A stretch of DNA of 64,000 nt from Gammaproteobacteria bacterium. Lineage in GTDB: Bacteria; Pseudomonadota; Gammaproteobacteria; UBA1113. Below the pieces are notes generated by a model. That model had not been told where the DNA came from. It saw only the letters and a program-made list of their open reading frames with translations, and ran no database searches. Location: contig CBDDKW010000013.1 of assembly GCA_965230425.1 (NCBI GenBank), forward strand, positions 117,066 through 181,065, given 5' to 3'. Positions 18,577-26,908 of the stretch are shown in pieces (position 1 is the first letter of the stretch; each line of letters starts with the position of its first letter). Both the position numbers and the translations under genes were made by a program.

Positions 18577-19776
18577 ATGAGTTATAGTATGAGTGACGCT
18601 AGAGCATTTGTTGAGACATTTAATATCGAACCAATCCATAGTGGGATATTAAGTGGCTTAACCTTTGGCGTTAAGGATAACATTCATGTTAAAGGATACA
18701 AAACTTCTTATGGTAGTAAAGCCTGGTTGAATGCTCATCCCATTGAATCTATCCATGCAGTTTGTGTAGAGCAATTACTTAATTCCGGTGGTCAGTGTGT
18801 TGGTAAAACGGTTTCTGACGAGTTTACCTGTAGTCTAGATGGTGAAAGTTATCATTATGGTACACCACTTAACCCTAAAGCGCCGAAGCATATTCCAGGC
18901 GGTTCTTCTAGTGGGTCAGCTTCTGCTGTGGCCTGTGGTTTAGTTGATTTTGCTTTAGGGACAGATAATGCAGGCTCTATCAGAGTACCTGCCAGTCTAT
19001 GCGGTATTTGGGGTATGCGGCCAACAACACATAGAATTTCAGAGGCTGGAGTTTTGCCATTCGTACCTAGTGTTAGCACAGTAGGAATTTTAGCAAACTC
19101 ACTATGTAACTTATCCAAAGCCATGTCAGTTTTACTATGCAATGAAACTGAAGCTAAAATAACGCCTACTAAAATATATTTATTAAAAGATGCCTTCGAG
19201 ATTGCAGCACCTGAAATTAATACTGCTCTACAGCCTATGCTGAGTAAACTGGAGAGTCATGATATCAAAGTGGAAAAAATAACTTTAAGTGATATTGTAG
19301 ATTTTGATTTGACTTTATTTCAATGTAATGAAGATATATTAAGAGTCGTTCAAAGTGCAGAAACATGGAATTCTATTGGATCATGGGTAAAAGCTAACAA
19401 CCCTGAAATGGGACCGAGAATTGAGATGTGCTTGGAAAATTTTGAGGGCTTGGATCGCAGTATTATTAATAAAGCTTATATTAACTACGAACTAATTTAT
19501 AGTAAGTTGAAGCAGTTTCTTAAGCCGGGAATTCTAATGTGCTATCCCACTGTACCTGTAGTAACGCCATTAAAAAATCAACTGGATACTTTTGAGCAAG
19601 CAATGCAATTCTATCAACCAACTATGGCGATTACTTCATTTTCAGGTATTGGTAAACTACCAGAAATAACTATTCCGGGATGTACTTTTAATACTTTACC
19701 AGTAGGACTCTCTTTAGTAGCAGGCACATACCAAGACGAGTTTTTGTTACGAGCTGCAAAGCTTATATTTGACTAG
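18577..19776 (+). CDS. Amidase-signature family amidase
   Basis: GGSSSGSASAVA plus GTDNAGSIRVPA amidase-signature motifs. ATG preceded by GGAG. Confidence 0.9.
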   Translation: MSYSMSDARAFVETFNIEPIHSGILSGLTFGVKDNIHVKGYKTSYGSKAWLNAHPIESIHAVCVEQLLNSGGQCVGKTVSDEFTCSLDGESYHYGTPLNPKAPKHIPGGSSSGSASAVACGLVDFALGTDNAGSIRVPASLCGIWGMRPTTHRISEAGVLPFVPSVSTVGILANSLCNLSKAMSVLLCNETEAKITPTKIYLLKDAFEIAAPEINTALQPMLSKLESHDIKVEKITLSDIVDFDLTLFQCNEDILRVVQSAETWNSIGSWVKANNPEMGPRIEMCLENFEGLDRSIINKAYINYELIYSKLKQFLKPGILMCYPTVPVVTPLKNQLDTFEQAMQFYQPTMAITSFSGIGKLPEITIPGCTFNTLPVGLSLVAGTYQDEFLLRAAKLIFD

Positions 19777-19898
19777 AAATATGTAGAGTTTCTATTTGAT
19801 AAATGATAGTAAGCAGCAGTAATTTCAACTTTATTGTCCGATAAATTCTGAACTCTATGGTAAAATATAGATCATAATAGGTAATTTAGGAGAATCAG

Positions 19899-20411
19899 AT
19901 GCTAATAATATTAGGTGGCTTGCCTGGTGTTGGCAAAAGTACAATAGGGCGAAAACTAGCTGAAAAGCTTGGTGCGGTATACTTACGGATAGACAGCATA
20001 GAACAAGCTGTAAAAAATGCTTATGAAACTTATAGGCAACAAGAGTTTTCAGTTTTTGCTGAAGGATACATGGCTGCTTATGCGGTGGCTAAAGATAATT
20101 TAGAAATTGGCCTAACGGTAATTGCTGATTCTGTTAATCCAGTTGAAATTACACGAAGTGAATATAGAAAGATAGCTGAGCAGGCTAATACCAATTTTTT
20201 TGAAATCGAAATTATTTGTTCAGATAAAGCTGAGCATCAGAAACGAGTAGATTCTCGGAAACCTACTGTTGAAGGTTTAAAGTTGCCTACATGGCAAGAT
20301 ATTATCAATAGAGAGTATGAAGCCTGGACAACAAAACGGTTAATCATTGATACAGCAGAATTTACCATCAATGAGGCGGTAGAAAAGATTATTACTGAAC
20401 TTAAATACTAA
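19899..20411 (+). CDS. P-loop kinase-like protein (AAA_33 / small-molecule or nucleotide kinase-like)
   Basis: GLPGVGKST Walker A at the extreme N-terminus, size 170 aa, AGGAG upstream of the ATG. Confidence 0.75.
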   Translation: MLIILGGLPGVGKSTIGRKLAEKLGAVYLRIDSIEQAVKNAYETYRQQEFSVFAEGYMAAYAVAKDNLEIGLTVIADSVNPVEITRSEYRKIAEQANTNFFEIEIICSDKAEHQKRVDSRKPTVEGLKLPTWQDIINREYEAWTTKRLIIDTAEFTINEAVEKIITELKY

Positions 20412-20739
20412 GCTAATATCGGTTCTTAACATGTACAATATTTATTAATTAATGCAAAAACTTGCGCTGTAAGCCTGTCACTTAAGTCACTTACTATGGA
20501 AGTCTCATATAGCTTTATCTCTCGGCTTATTCATTACTTTTGGCAATGGGTATAGCTCATCGAGGGGTATTGATAACCCACTGGCTGAAAAAGTCAATAG
20601 ATGGCATACATATAATAGTAGTTAGATATATGTGAGATATAGAATATTTTAGTTGTTCTTTTGTTATAGTACTTTTTCATTTAAGAGTATTTTAAAGCAG
20701 CAAACCTTCATTTTTTATTCTGTATAGATCTAGTTTCCA

Positions 20740-22044
20740 TTATTGCTCAAAGTGATATAAGAATTCATATACAGAGACTGCTGGTATATCGTCAATTTTT
20801 CCTTTTGCGGTTGATTTAGTGAGAATCATGCTATTTGGAAATTGCTTTAATGTTTTAATGTCATTAGCGCGTAACTGATTTGCCCATTTTACTTCGATTG
20901 CATATGTTTTATTATTTTTTAAATAAATTACATCTACTTCACCTTGACCTTTAAAATAAAACGTCTTATTAAAGCGCTGACAGTGACTAGCAACAATACT
21001 TTCAATAAGTGTGCTTTCATAATCAACGGTATTAATATAGCCTTCCTGCTTTAGCCAACGGTGAATAGTATGCAATATAAAGGGGTCAAGAAAATGAAAT
21101 TTTTGATCTTTACGTGGAAAACCTTGTTTCTTGTTTGGATCAAAGGCTTGTAAGCTAAAGAGCACATCCATTCTATTGAGTAAACGGATATAGTCTATGC
21201 ATGTTTCTTTACTCATTACACCAATTTTCTGCACTAATTTTGAATAGGAAATTTGTGAGACCCCAACGGTTAGTAATGCAGCGAAGATGGAAAGTAAATA
21301 ATGTTCATTTTTACCTTGTTTTAATATATCACCACGGATCCATTGTTCATAGGTTAAGTGAGTTGCTTGTTGTACTGCGTCATGTTGCGCCAGATCATTA
21401 ATAGCTCGTAGGTAACCACCACAGAGTAAATACTTTTTGAATAGTGCAGCGAGATTTTTATTATTTTTTTCTTGCTTAGGAGCACATAAATCAACATATT
21501 GGTGAAATGTTAATGGATAGAGATGAAAGTCAACCTTATCTGCATTACCACGTCGTCCTGGGAAACGCATGGCTGCTTCTTTTAAAATCACAGAATCTGA
21601 ACCTGTAAGTATACATAAGCCTTGCTCAAAATAACCTTCGTCTGCAAGGGCTTTAATCACTCGGTCCCAATCCGCGACAAAAGTTACTTCATCAATGATG
21701 AGTAGGAAATGATGAGTACTCAATTCCTCAAGCAATGTGCGCAGTGTTGTACTGAATTCTTTAGCGTCGTAAATTTCATCACAGGGGAGATAGAAAATAG
21801 CGTTTTTGTTAAAAAGCTTCTGCTCAAGACAGTATTTGATTAGTAATTTGCACGAGGTAGATTTACCAATCTGTCTACCACCGCTCAGGATGTATATCCC
21901 GGGTGTATCTAGCGCTAATTCATCCCACCAGCGTGTACTGAACTGATATTTAAATTGAGCTAAGCGTTGTAGATGCGGATCATTCTGTGTGAATGCCGCT
22001 AAACTATCCTGAAAAAGGTTATGGTTTTGTAGATTATTTGGCAT
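20740..22044 (-). CDS. Orphan ATPase of the AAA_14/DUF4143 type with a C-terminal PD-(D/E)xK-like segment
   Basis: Walker A GGRQIGKST and Walker B LLIIDEV. The C-terminal GEVDVIYL...YAIEVKW resembles a restriction-endonuclease-fold D...E.K motif. Architecture is recalled from COG1373-type proteins. Confidence 0.8.
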   Translation of the reverse strand: MPNNLQNHNLFQDSLAAFTQNDPHLQRLAQFKYQFSTRWWDELALDTPGIYILSGGRQIGKSTSCKLLIKYCLEQKLFNKNAIFYLPCDEIYDAKEFSTTLRTLLEELSTHHFLLIIDEVTFVADWDRVIKALADEGYFEQGLCILTGSDSVILKEAAMRFPGRRGNADKVDFHLYPLTFHQYVDLCAPKQEKNNKNLAALFKKYLLCGGYLRAINDLAQHDAVQQATHLTYEQWIRGDILKQGKNEHYLLSIFAALLTVGVSQISYSKLVQKIGVMSKETCIDYIRLLNRMDVLFSLQAFDPNKKQGFPRKDQKFHFLDPFILHTIHRWLKQEGYINTVDYESTLIESIVASHCQRFNKTFYFKGQGEVDVIYLKNNKTYAIEVKWANQLRANDIKTLKQFPNSMILTKSTAKGKIDDIPAVSVYEFLYHFEQ

Positions 22045-22087
22045 AAATTGACCTAAAAATGTTTATATATCAATATATTAGTCTCAT

Positions 22088-22151
22088 TAGACAAATTTGT
22101 CTAGTGCTAATCAGACAAATTTGTCCAGTGATGATTAGACAAATTTGTCTA
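22088..22151. promoter_or_regulatory. Array of three 14-bp palindromes AGACAAATTTGTC(T/C) with an exact 24-bp period; putative operator array
   Basis: Cores lie at 22089-22102, 22113-22126 (one mismatch) and 22137-22150. Copies 1 and 3 extend to the 16-bp palindrome TAGACAAATTTGTCTA. The array starts 45 bp upstream of the ATPase ATG at 22044. Confidence 0.6.
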
Positions 22152-22284
22152 ATGATGTAACTGATTGATAAATATATATTTTATTGGGGTATATGTCACT
22201 TTAAGCGGTTTAATGTGTGATAAATACTGTGTTTTTATAAATTACTTTTCAGACAGGGTAGGTGCATCAAAAAATAGAATTCTT

Positions 22285-22357
22285 TGAAAATCAAAAAGTT
22301 ACTGGATCCCGCGGTCAAGCCGCGGGATGACGAAATTTCTTATTATTCAATAAGTTA
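22285..22357 (+). repeat. GC-rich hairpin repeat (REP-like), copy A
   Basis: ACTGGATCCCGCGGTCAAGCCGCGGGATGACGAAATTTCTTATTATTCAATAAGTTAT has a perfect 9-bp stem ATCCCGCGG/CCGCGGGAT. A near-identical copy lies at 37841-37905. Confidence 0.7.
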
Positions 22358-22373
22358 TAATTCCTCTAACTTT

Positions 22374-22934
22374 TCAGAGTATTTTTGTCATATGCAGTAC
22401 GATATTACTTTTCGTAGGTAGTTCTTGTACGGTTTCTTTTTCAATAGTAAAACCATGCTTTTGCCAGAAATGAATAGCTTGGTGATTTTGTTTTTGTACT
22501 ATTAATTTAAGTTTTTTAGCGGACTGGTTTTTAAGTGCTGTGGCCAGTTGCTGCAAGAGTGTTGTAGCGATATATTTATTACGTTGACTGGGTTCTATCA
22601 CTAACAAGCCAATATACCAATCCTCATAATTAGGGTAGTGTTTAATTAATTCGAGTAGCCCAATCAAATTTTTTGAGGGTGTATATTCACGATGGTGGAG
22701 TCCTATGAGTAATTTATCGGCTGGTGTCTTTCCCTTGGGACAATCAGTGAATAGGGCGCGTGCCTCGGTATTTAAATTAGTATTACCGTAGACTAAATCA
22801 AAAAAATCTGAGCATGTGGTAAATAATGTCTGTATGTTAGGCAAATCATCTTCAGATAATAGGTGTAAGCCGAAAGTTTTATGCTCAGTCTGTGCGGAGA
22901 TGTTCTGAATAAATTGTATGTGATCAATCATCAT
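22374..22934 (-). CDS. GNAT-family N-acetyltransferase (probable)
   Basis: 186 aa. The pattern LLVIEPSQRNKYIATTLLQQL ... AIHFWQKHGF resembles GNAT motifs A and B. Confidence 0.6.
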   Translation of the reverse strand: MMIDHIQFIQNISAQTEHKTFGLHLLSEDDLPNIQTLFTTCSDFFDLVYGNTNLNTEARALFTDCPKGKTPADKLLIGLHHREYTPSKNLIGLLELIKHYPNYEDWYIGLLVIEPSQRNKYIATTLLQQLATALKNQSAKKLKLIVQKQNHQAIHFWQKHGFTIEKETVQELPTKSNIVLHMTKIL

Positions 22935-23082
22935 TTTGATAATATATCCTTGATGCAGCGCTTTTGCTATTTATGCACTGTTTTAGACAGGATTGTGTAA
23001 AACATCAGTCAAATACCTCATCTTATCGTATGGCTTATTGCGCTGAGGCGTTTGGTTTTTTATATCGACCCTTATTTTTGCA

Positions 23083-23532
23083 TTAACTAATTTTATTAGC
23101 CATAAAAAATATCATGATGCAAATACTAACAAGTAAAACAGTATAGCTTACCCAGAGACTATAGGCATAATAACGACGACTGTGCGATTTATGAGAGGAA
23201 TTAGCAGCGATAGCTTGATAGCGTATTTGTAAATATAAGCAAGCGAACCAAGCAAGTATGACAATAATAAAGCCTAAGGCAGCGACCTTTACCCATAATG
23301 CCGTGACAGGGTAATGCTTAAAACTAATAATGGTAAAGCCGGTAAATAATTGGATTAGTGCTGAGGGTATGATCAGAAACCAGGTGATCTTTTGCAATGT
23401 TGAGTTGGTGGCATTAGTTAGATGATTTCTAGTTCGTAGCCAGTAGATAAATGCATTCAGCACACCGGCGAATAGGCAGGCTGCACTAAGAATATGGATA
23501 GTTTTAATCGTATAATAAAACATCAGTGTCAC
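23083..23532 (-). CDS. Four-TM membrane protein (DUF2269-like), paralogue 2
   Basis: 149 aa with four hydrophobic helices. Its N-terminal IKTIHILSAACLF is similar to the upstream neighbour. Its start abuts the previous gene's stop. Confidence 0.6.
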   Translation of the reverse strand: MTLMFYYTIKTIHILSAACLFAGVLNAFIYWLRTRNHLTNATNSTLQKITWFLIIPSALIQLFTGFTIISFKHYPVTALWVKVAALGFIIVILAWFACLYLQIRYQAIAANSSHKSHSRRYYAYSLWVSYTVLLVSICIMIFFMANKIS

Positions 23533-23975
23533 TACAAAAATGTTAACATGGTTTGCTTCATGACCGCATCATGGGTGATGCAGACAAGAATAACTAAGAT
23601 TATAAAATACATAAATTGATAACCATAATAGAATTTTATGCGACCATTATGCTTGATGCATTTGTTTCGGGTGTTCTTACTCTTTGAATAGGATGCATAG
23701 CTTAATAAAGCGAATGCAATCGTGAGAAAGATGAATGCAGCATTAATCCATGGTGTATGAAATGTATAATGTCGAGGCAGTACTAATAAGGAGCCAGTAA
23801 GGCCCGCAATAAAGATAAGACTCAGCAGTAGACGGTCACAGCGATTACTTAACTGTAATAAGGCAATGCCTTGTTGTTGACTACGGTATAAGAAGAAACT
23901 CGATGTAGCCACCAATCCGATAAGACTGATGGCTAATAAGAGATGAATTGTTTTTATAATTTCTGTCAGTAGCAT
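23532..23975 (-). CDS. Four-TM membrane protein (DUF2269-like), paralogue 1
   Basis: 147 aa with four helices and IKTIHLLLAISLIG. Its start is immediately adjacent to the coxC stop. Confidence 0.6.
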   Translation of the reverse strand: MLLTEIIKTIHLLLAISLIGLVATSSFFLYRSQQQGIALLQLSNRCDRLLLSLIFIAGLTGSLLVLPRHYTFHTPWINAAFIFLTIAFALLSYASYSKSKNTRNKCIKHNGRIKFYYGYQFMYFIILVILVCITHDAVMKQTMLTFL

Positions 23976-24857
23976 CTATAGCCAATAAACGAAAACAAAC
24001 AAGATTAACCAGACCACATCGACAAAGTGCCAGTACCAAGATACGGCTTCGAATGCAAAATGATTATGGGAGTTAAAATCATATTTGAACATACGATACA
24101 GAATAATGATCAAGCAGATAGTACCGACGGTTACGTGTAAGCCGTGAAAACCGGTTAACATGAAGAAGGTTGTACCATAGATCCCTGAACCCAGTGTTAA
24201 TCCTTTATGTAGGTAGGCTTCTCCGTACTCATAGCACTGCATGATCAAGAAGAATATACCTAATAAAATAGTTAAAAATTGGGAAACCAACATAGTTGCA
24301 CGTCGACCTTTTATTAAAGCCCAGTGTGCGACAGTAATGGTTGCACCACTGGTTAATAAAAGCAAAGTGTTAAATGCAGGTATGCCCCAGGTTTCCATAA
24401 CAGAATCAGGACCAACATAGATACCCGCATCAGGGTTCTTTAATAGGGGCCAAGCGGCTTTAAAGTGGGGCCAGAGCAGTAAATGAGTTGATAAATCCCC
24501 ACCACCTAAGGCCGGTACGGAAATAACTCTCGCATAGAAAAGTACACCAAAGAATGCAGCAAAGAACATAACTTCAGAGAAAATAAACCAAGCCATACAC
24601 CAGCGGAAGGAACGATCTACTTGTTTATCACTTAGTAAGCCAGCACGATTTTCCCGAATAACCATGCCAAACCAGCCATACATCATGTAAAATACCATGA
24701 GTAGACCAAAGCCAAATAAGTAGGGGCCAAAGCTGACGCCGTGCAACCAATTGGCTGCGCCAACGAAAAGGCAAAATAAACCGATAGAACCTCTAATAGG
24801 CCAATTACTTGGTTCAGGTAAATAATATCCGCCTGCATGCTGATGAGTCGTGGTCAT
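23976..24857 (-). CDS. coxC: Cytochrome c oxidase subunit III
   Basis: 293-aa 7-TM protein with conserved blocks FFMLTGFHGLHVTVG and WYWHFVDVVWL. Confidence 0.9.
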   Translation of the reverse strand: MTTTHQHAGGYYLPEPSNWPIRGSIGLFCLFVGAANWLHGVSFGPYLFGFGLLMVFYMMYGWFGMVIRENRAGLLSDKQVDRSFRWCMAWFIFSEVMFFAAFFGVLFYARVISVPALGGGDLSTHLLLWPHFKAAWPLLKNPDAGIYVGPDSVMETWGIPAFNTLLLLTSGATITVAHWALIKGRRATMLVSQFLTILLGIFFLIMQCYEYGEAYLHKGLTLGSGIYGTTFFMLTGFHGLHVTVGTICLIIILYRMFKYDFNSHNHFAFEAVSWYWHFVDVVWLILFVFVYWL

Positions 24858-24997
24858 AGTGGCTCCATCTAAAAAATTAATAGTCTCATATCTAAACTTT
24901 TACAGTCATTCTGTCATTTAAGACAGCAATGACTCAATACAAATCTCTCATGTTTATGCTTTCCTTTAAGCAAGGGAGAGTCTTGCTATAAAGCAAG

Positions 24998-25026
24998 AAA
25001 GCCTGATTTTATGAAAATCAGGCTTT
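24998..25026 (-). terminator. Perfect 13-bp hairpin, probable terminator after the cytochrome c gene
   Basis: AAAGCCTGATTTT-ATG-AAAATCAGGCTTT lies 15 bp downstream of the 25041 stop, with A/T tracts on both sides. Confidence 0.5.
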
Positions 25027-25040
25027 CCATCTGTCTTGTG

Positions 25041-26636
25041 CTACCAGAGTGAATAATCCTTATCATCTGGTGAGCTTTCTTGCATCATATATTTCACTGC
25101 GGCTTTAATTTCCGCATCAGTACATTCTGGGCAATTACCTTGTGGAGGATGATTGCCGTAACCTTCAACTGAGTGTACGTAGGCAGTTGGGAAACCTGCT
25201 TTGATAATCGGTTGCCACTGAGCTAAGTCGCCTAATTTAGGTGCACCTTTATAGCCATTATTGTGGCAAAGACTACAATGTGCGTCATAGACTTTCTTAC
25301 CGTCAGCGATGGTTAAAGGTACGATGGTTGATTTAGGTGGTGCTACCACACTAGGATTGCCGCCGCCCTTAGTTGCAGCAACCATATAGTCTACCGCCTG
25401 CTTAATTTGTTCATCGGTACAGGTTAAACAGGTACCTTTTGCTGGCATACCGCCAATTCCATGAATCGCATTTTTGTATACTTGCTCGATACCTAATTGC
25501 AAAATGGGTTCCCATTGGGATGCACTACCTAAGGTAGGTGCTCCACCCGCACCGGTAGTATGACAACCAGAGCAATAAGTATCATACACTGCTTGACCTG
25601 GGCCACCAGAAGATTTCTTCAATGGTGGTGTTTTACTTTGAATAGATTTTAAGTAGATGGCTATAGCCTGCAAATCTTGGTGAGATAGGTAACGTAAGCT
25701 ATCGTGATTAACTTCTAACATTGGGCCTTTAATATTACCACCACCAATCATTTTATCTTCGGTGAAGACTTGGACGACTTTATCTGTTGGTACATCTTTC
25801 AAGTTCGATTTAGAAATATTAGGCGCGTAGTAACCACCAACTTTTGCACCAGTAAATTCATATTTCCTAATAGGTGCACCAAGTGGTAATGAATCCGATA
25901 AAATATTATAGGAAGGTGAGTGACACATAGAACAGTGACCCAAACCTTTAACTAAATAAGCGCCGCGATTCCATTGTGCTGAATGATTGGGATCTTCATG
26001 ATAAGTACTCGCTTGTGAATGGAAAAACAATAACCGCCAACCTATTTGTAAGATACGTTGGTTAAATGGCCAAACCATTTCATCAGTACGATTTTCTTGA
26101 TGCACGGCTGGTATACTATCTAAGTATGCTTTTAGTGCTTTTAGATCATTGGGTGTAATTTCGGCGAAATATAAATAAGGAAATGCAGGATAATAGAAGT
26201 GACCGCTGGGTGAGACACCGTGTTGCATGGAACGATCAAATTCTTTTTGTGTCCAATTACCAATACCTGTTTCTTTATCAGGAGTAATATTCGGCGTGTA
26301 AAGGGTGCCGAAAGGTGTAGTCATGGGTAAGCCACCAGCAAAAGGTTTACTGCCTTTTTTCAAAGTATCTGTATGGCAGGCAATACAGTCACCGGCTTTG
26401 GCAAGATACTCCCCACGCTTTATAAGGTCGCCATTAGGGCCAGAGGTATCGACTTTAGGGTAGGTGGGGTAAAAAGGGGTTTCTTCATGGGCTGCCTGGT
26501 CGGCGAGCTTGTGCATATTTTTACGTACGCCTAACAGCGTAATCGTCATAGAAATCGCTACAAGAATAACTACTACAGCCGCAATACTAAAGACAAGCTT
26601 TTTATGTTCCTGTAATTTCCGAATGATTGCTTTCAC
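25041..26636 (-). CDS. Membrane-anchored tetrahaem cytochrome c (two N-terminal haem domains fused to two cytochrome c5-like domains)
   Basis: N-terminal TM helix and four CxxCH motifs (CIACH, CSMCH, CSGCH, CSLCH). Each of the last two is followed by a c5-type pattern (GTCLTCTDEQIKQAVDYM, GNCPECTDAEIKAAVKYM). Confidence 0.85.
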   Translation of the reverse strand: MKAIIRKLQEHKKLVFSIAAVVVILVAISMTITLLGVRKNMHKLADQAAHEETPFYPTYPKVDTSGPNGDLIKRGEYLAKAGDCIACHTDTLKKGSKPFAGGLPMTTPFGTLYTPNITPDKETGIGNWTQKEFDRSMQHGVSPSGHFYYPAFPYLYFAEITPNDLKALKAYLDSIPAVHQENRTDEMVWPFNQRILQIGWRLLFFHSQASTYHEDPNHSAQWNRGAYLVKGLGHCSMCHSPSYNILSDSLPLGAPIRKYEFTGAKVGGYYAPNISKSNLKDVPTDKVVQVFTEDKMIGGGNIKGPMLEVNHDSLRYLSHQDLQAIAIYLKSIQSKTPPLKKSSGGPGQAVYDTYCSGCHTTGAGGAPTLGSASQWEPILQLGIEQVYKNAIHGIGGMPAKGTCLTCTDEQIKQAVDYMVAATKGGGNPSVVAPPKSTIVPLTIADGKKVYDAHCSLCHNNGYKGAPKLGDLAQWQPIIKAGFPTAYVHSVEGYGNHPPQGNCPECTDAEIKAAVKYMMQESSPDDKDYSLW

Positions 26637-26908
26637 ACTTCGTTCCTTTTACCACATCGTCTGAATTTTAAACAAAATACATTGTTTGGATAATACTAAA
26701 TACCAAATAATATACACAAACAGTAATTAAATCACTAAACCAGACATTATAGCGTAAGTCGAATTACCAAGTGAAGCTAATCTAAGGATTAAACAAGAGA
26801 ATTTAGCCGTTAAGATTTTTTTTGTTGGAAAAATATGGTTTAATTGTCCGAATTTGGCGTCATTGCGATTGTCGCCGCTAACTCACACATAGATAGGTTC
26901 ACAAAGAT

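Noticed and set aside
22088-22151. Possibility that the 24-bp periodic repeats are a mini CRISPR array
   Set aside because: There are only three units, each repeat is itself a perfect palindrome, the 'spacers' are only about 10 bp and are similar to one another, and no cas genes are present. An operator or iteron interpretation fits better.
22325-22340. GACGAAATTTCTTA resembling the LetA/GacA box (TNAGAAATTTCTNA) that precedes RsmY/Z-type sRNAs
   Set aside because: It has two mismatches at conserved positions. It lies inside a dispersed repeat whose other copy (37869-37884) has lost the palindrome. No GGA-rich sRNA-like sequence or terminator follows.
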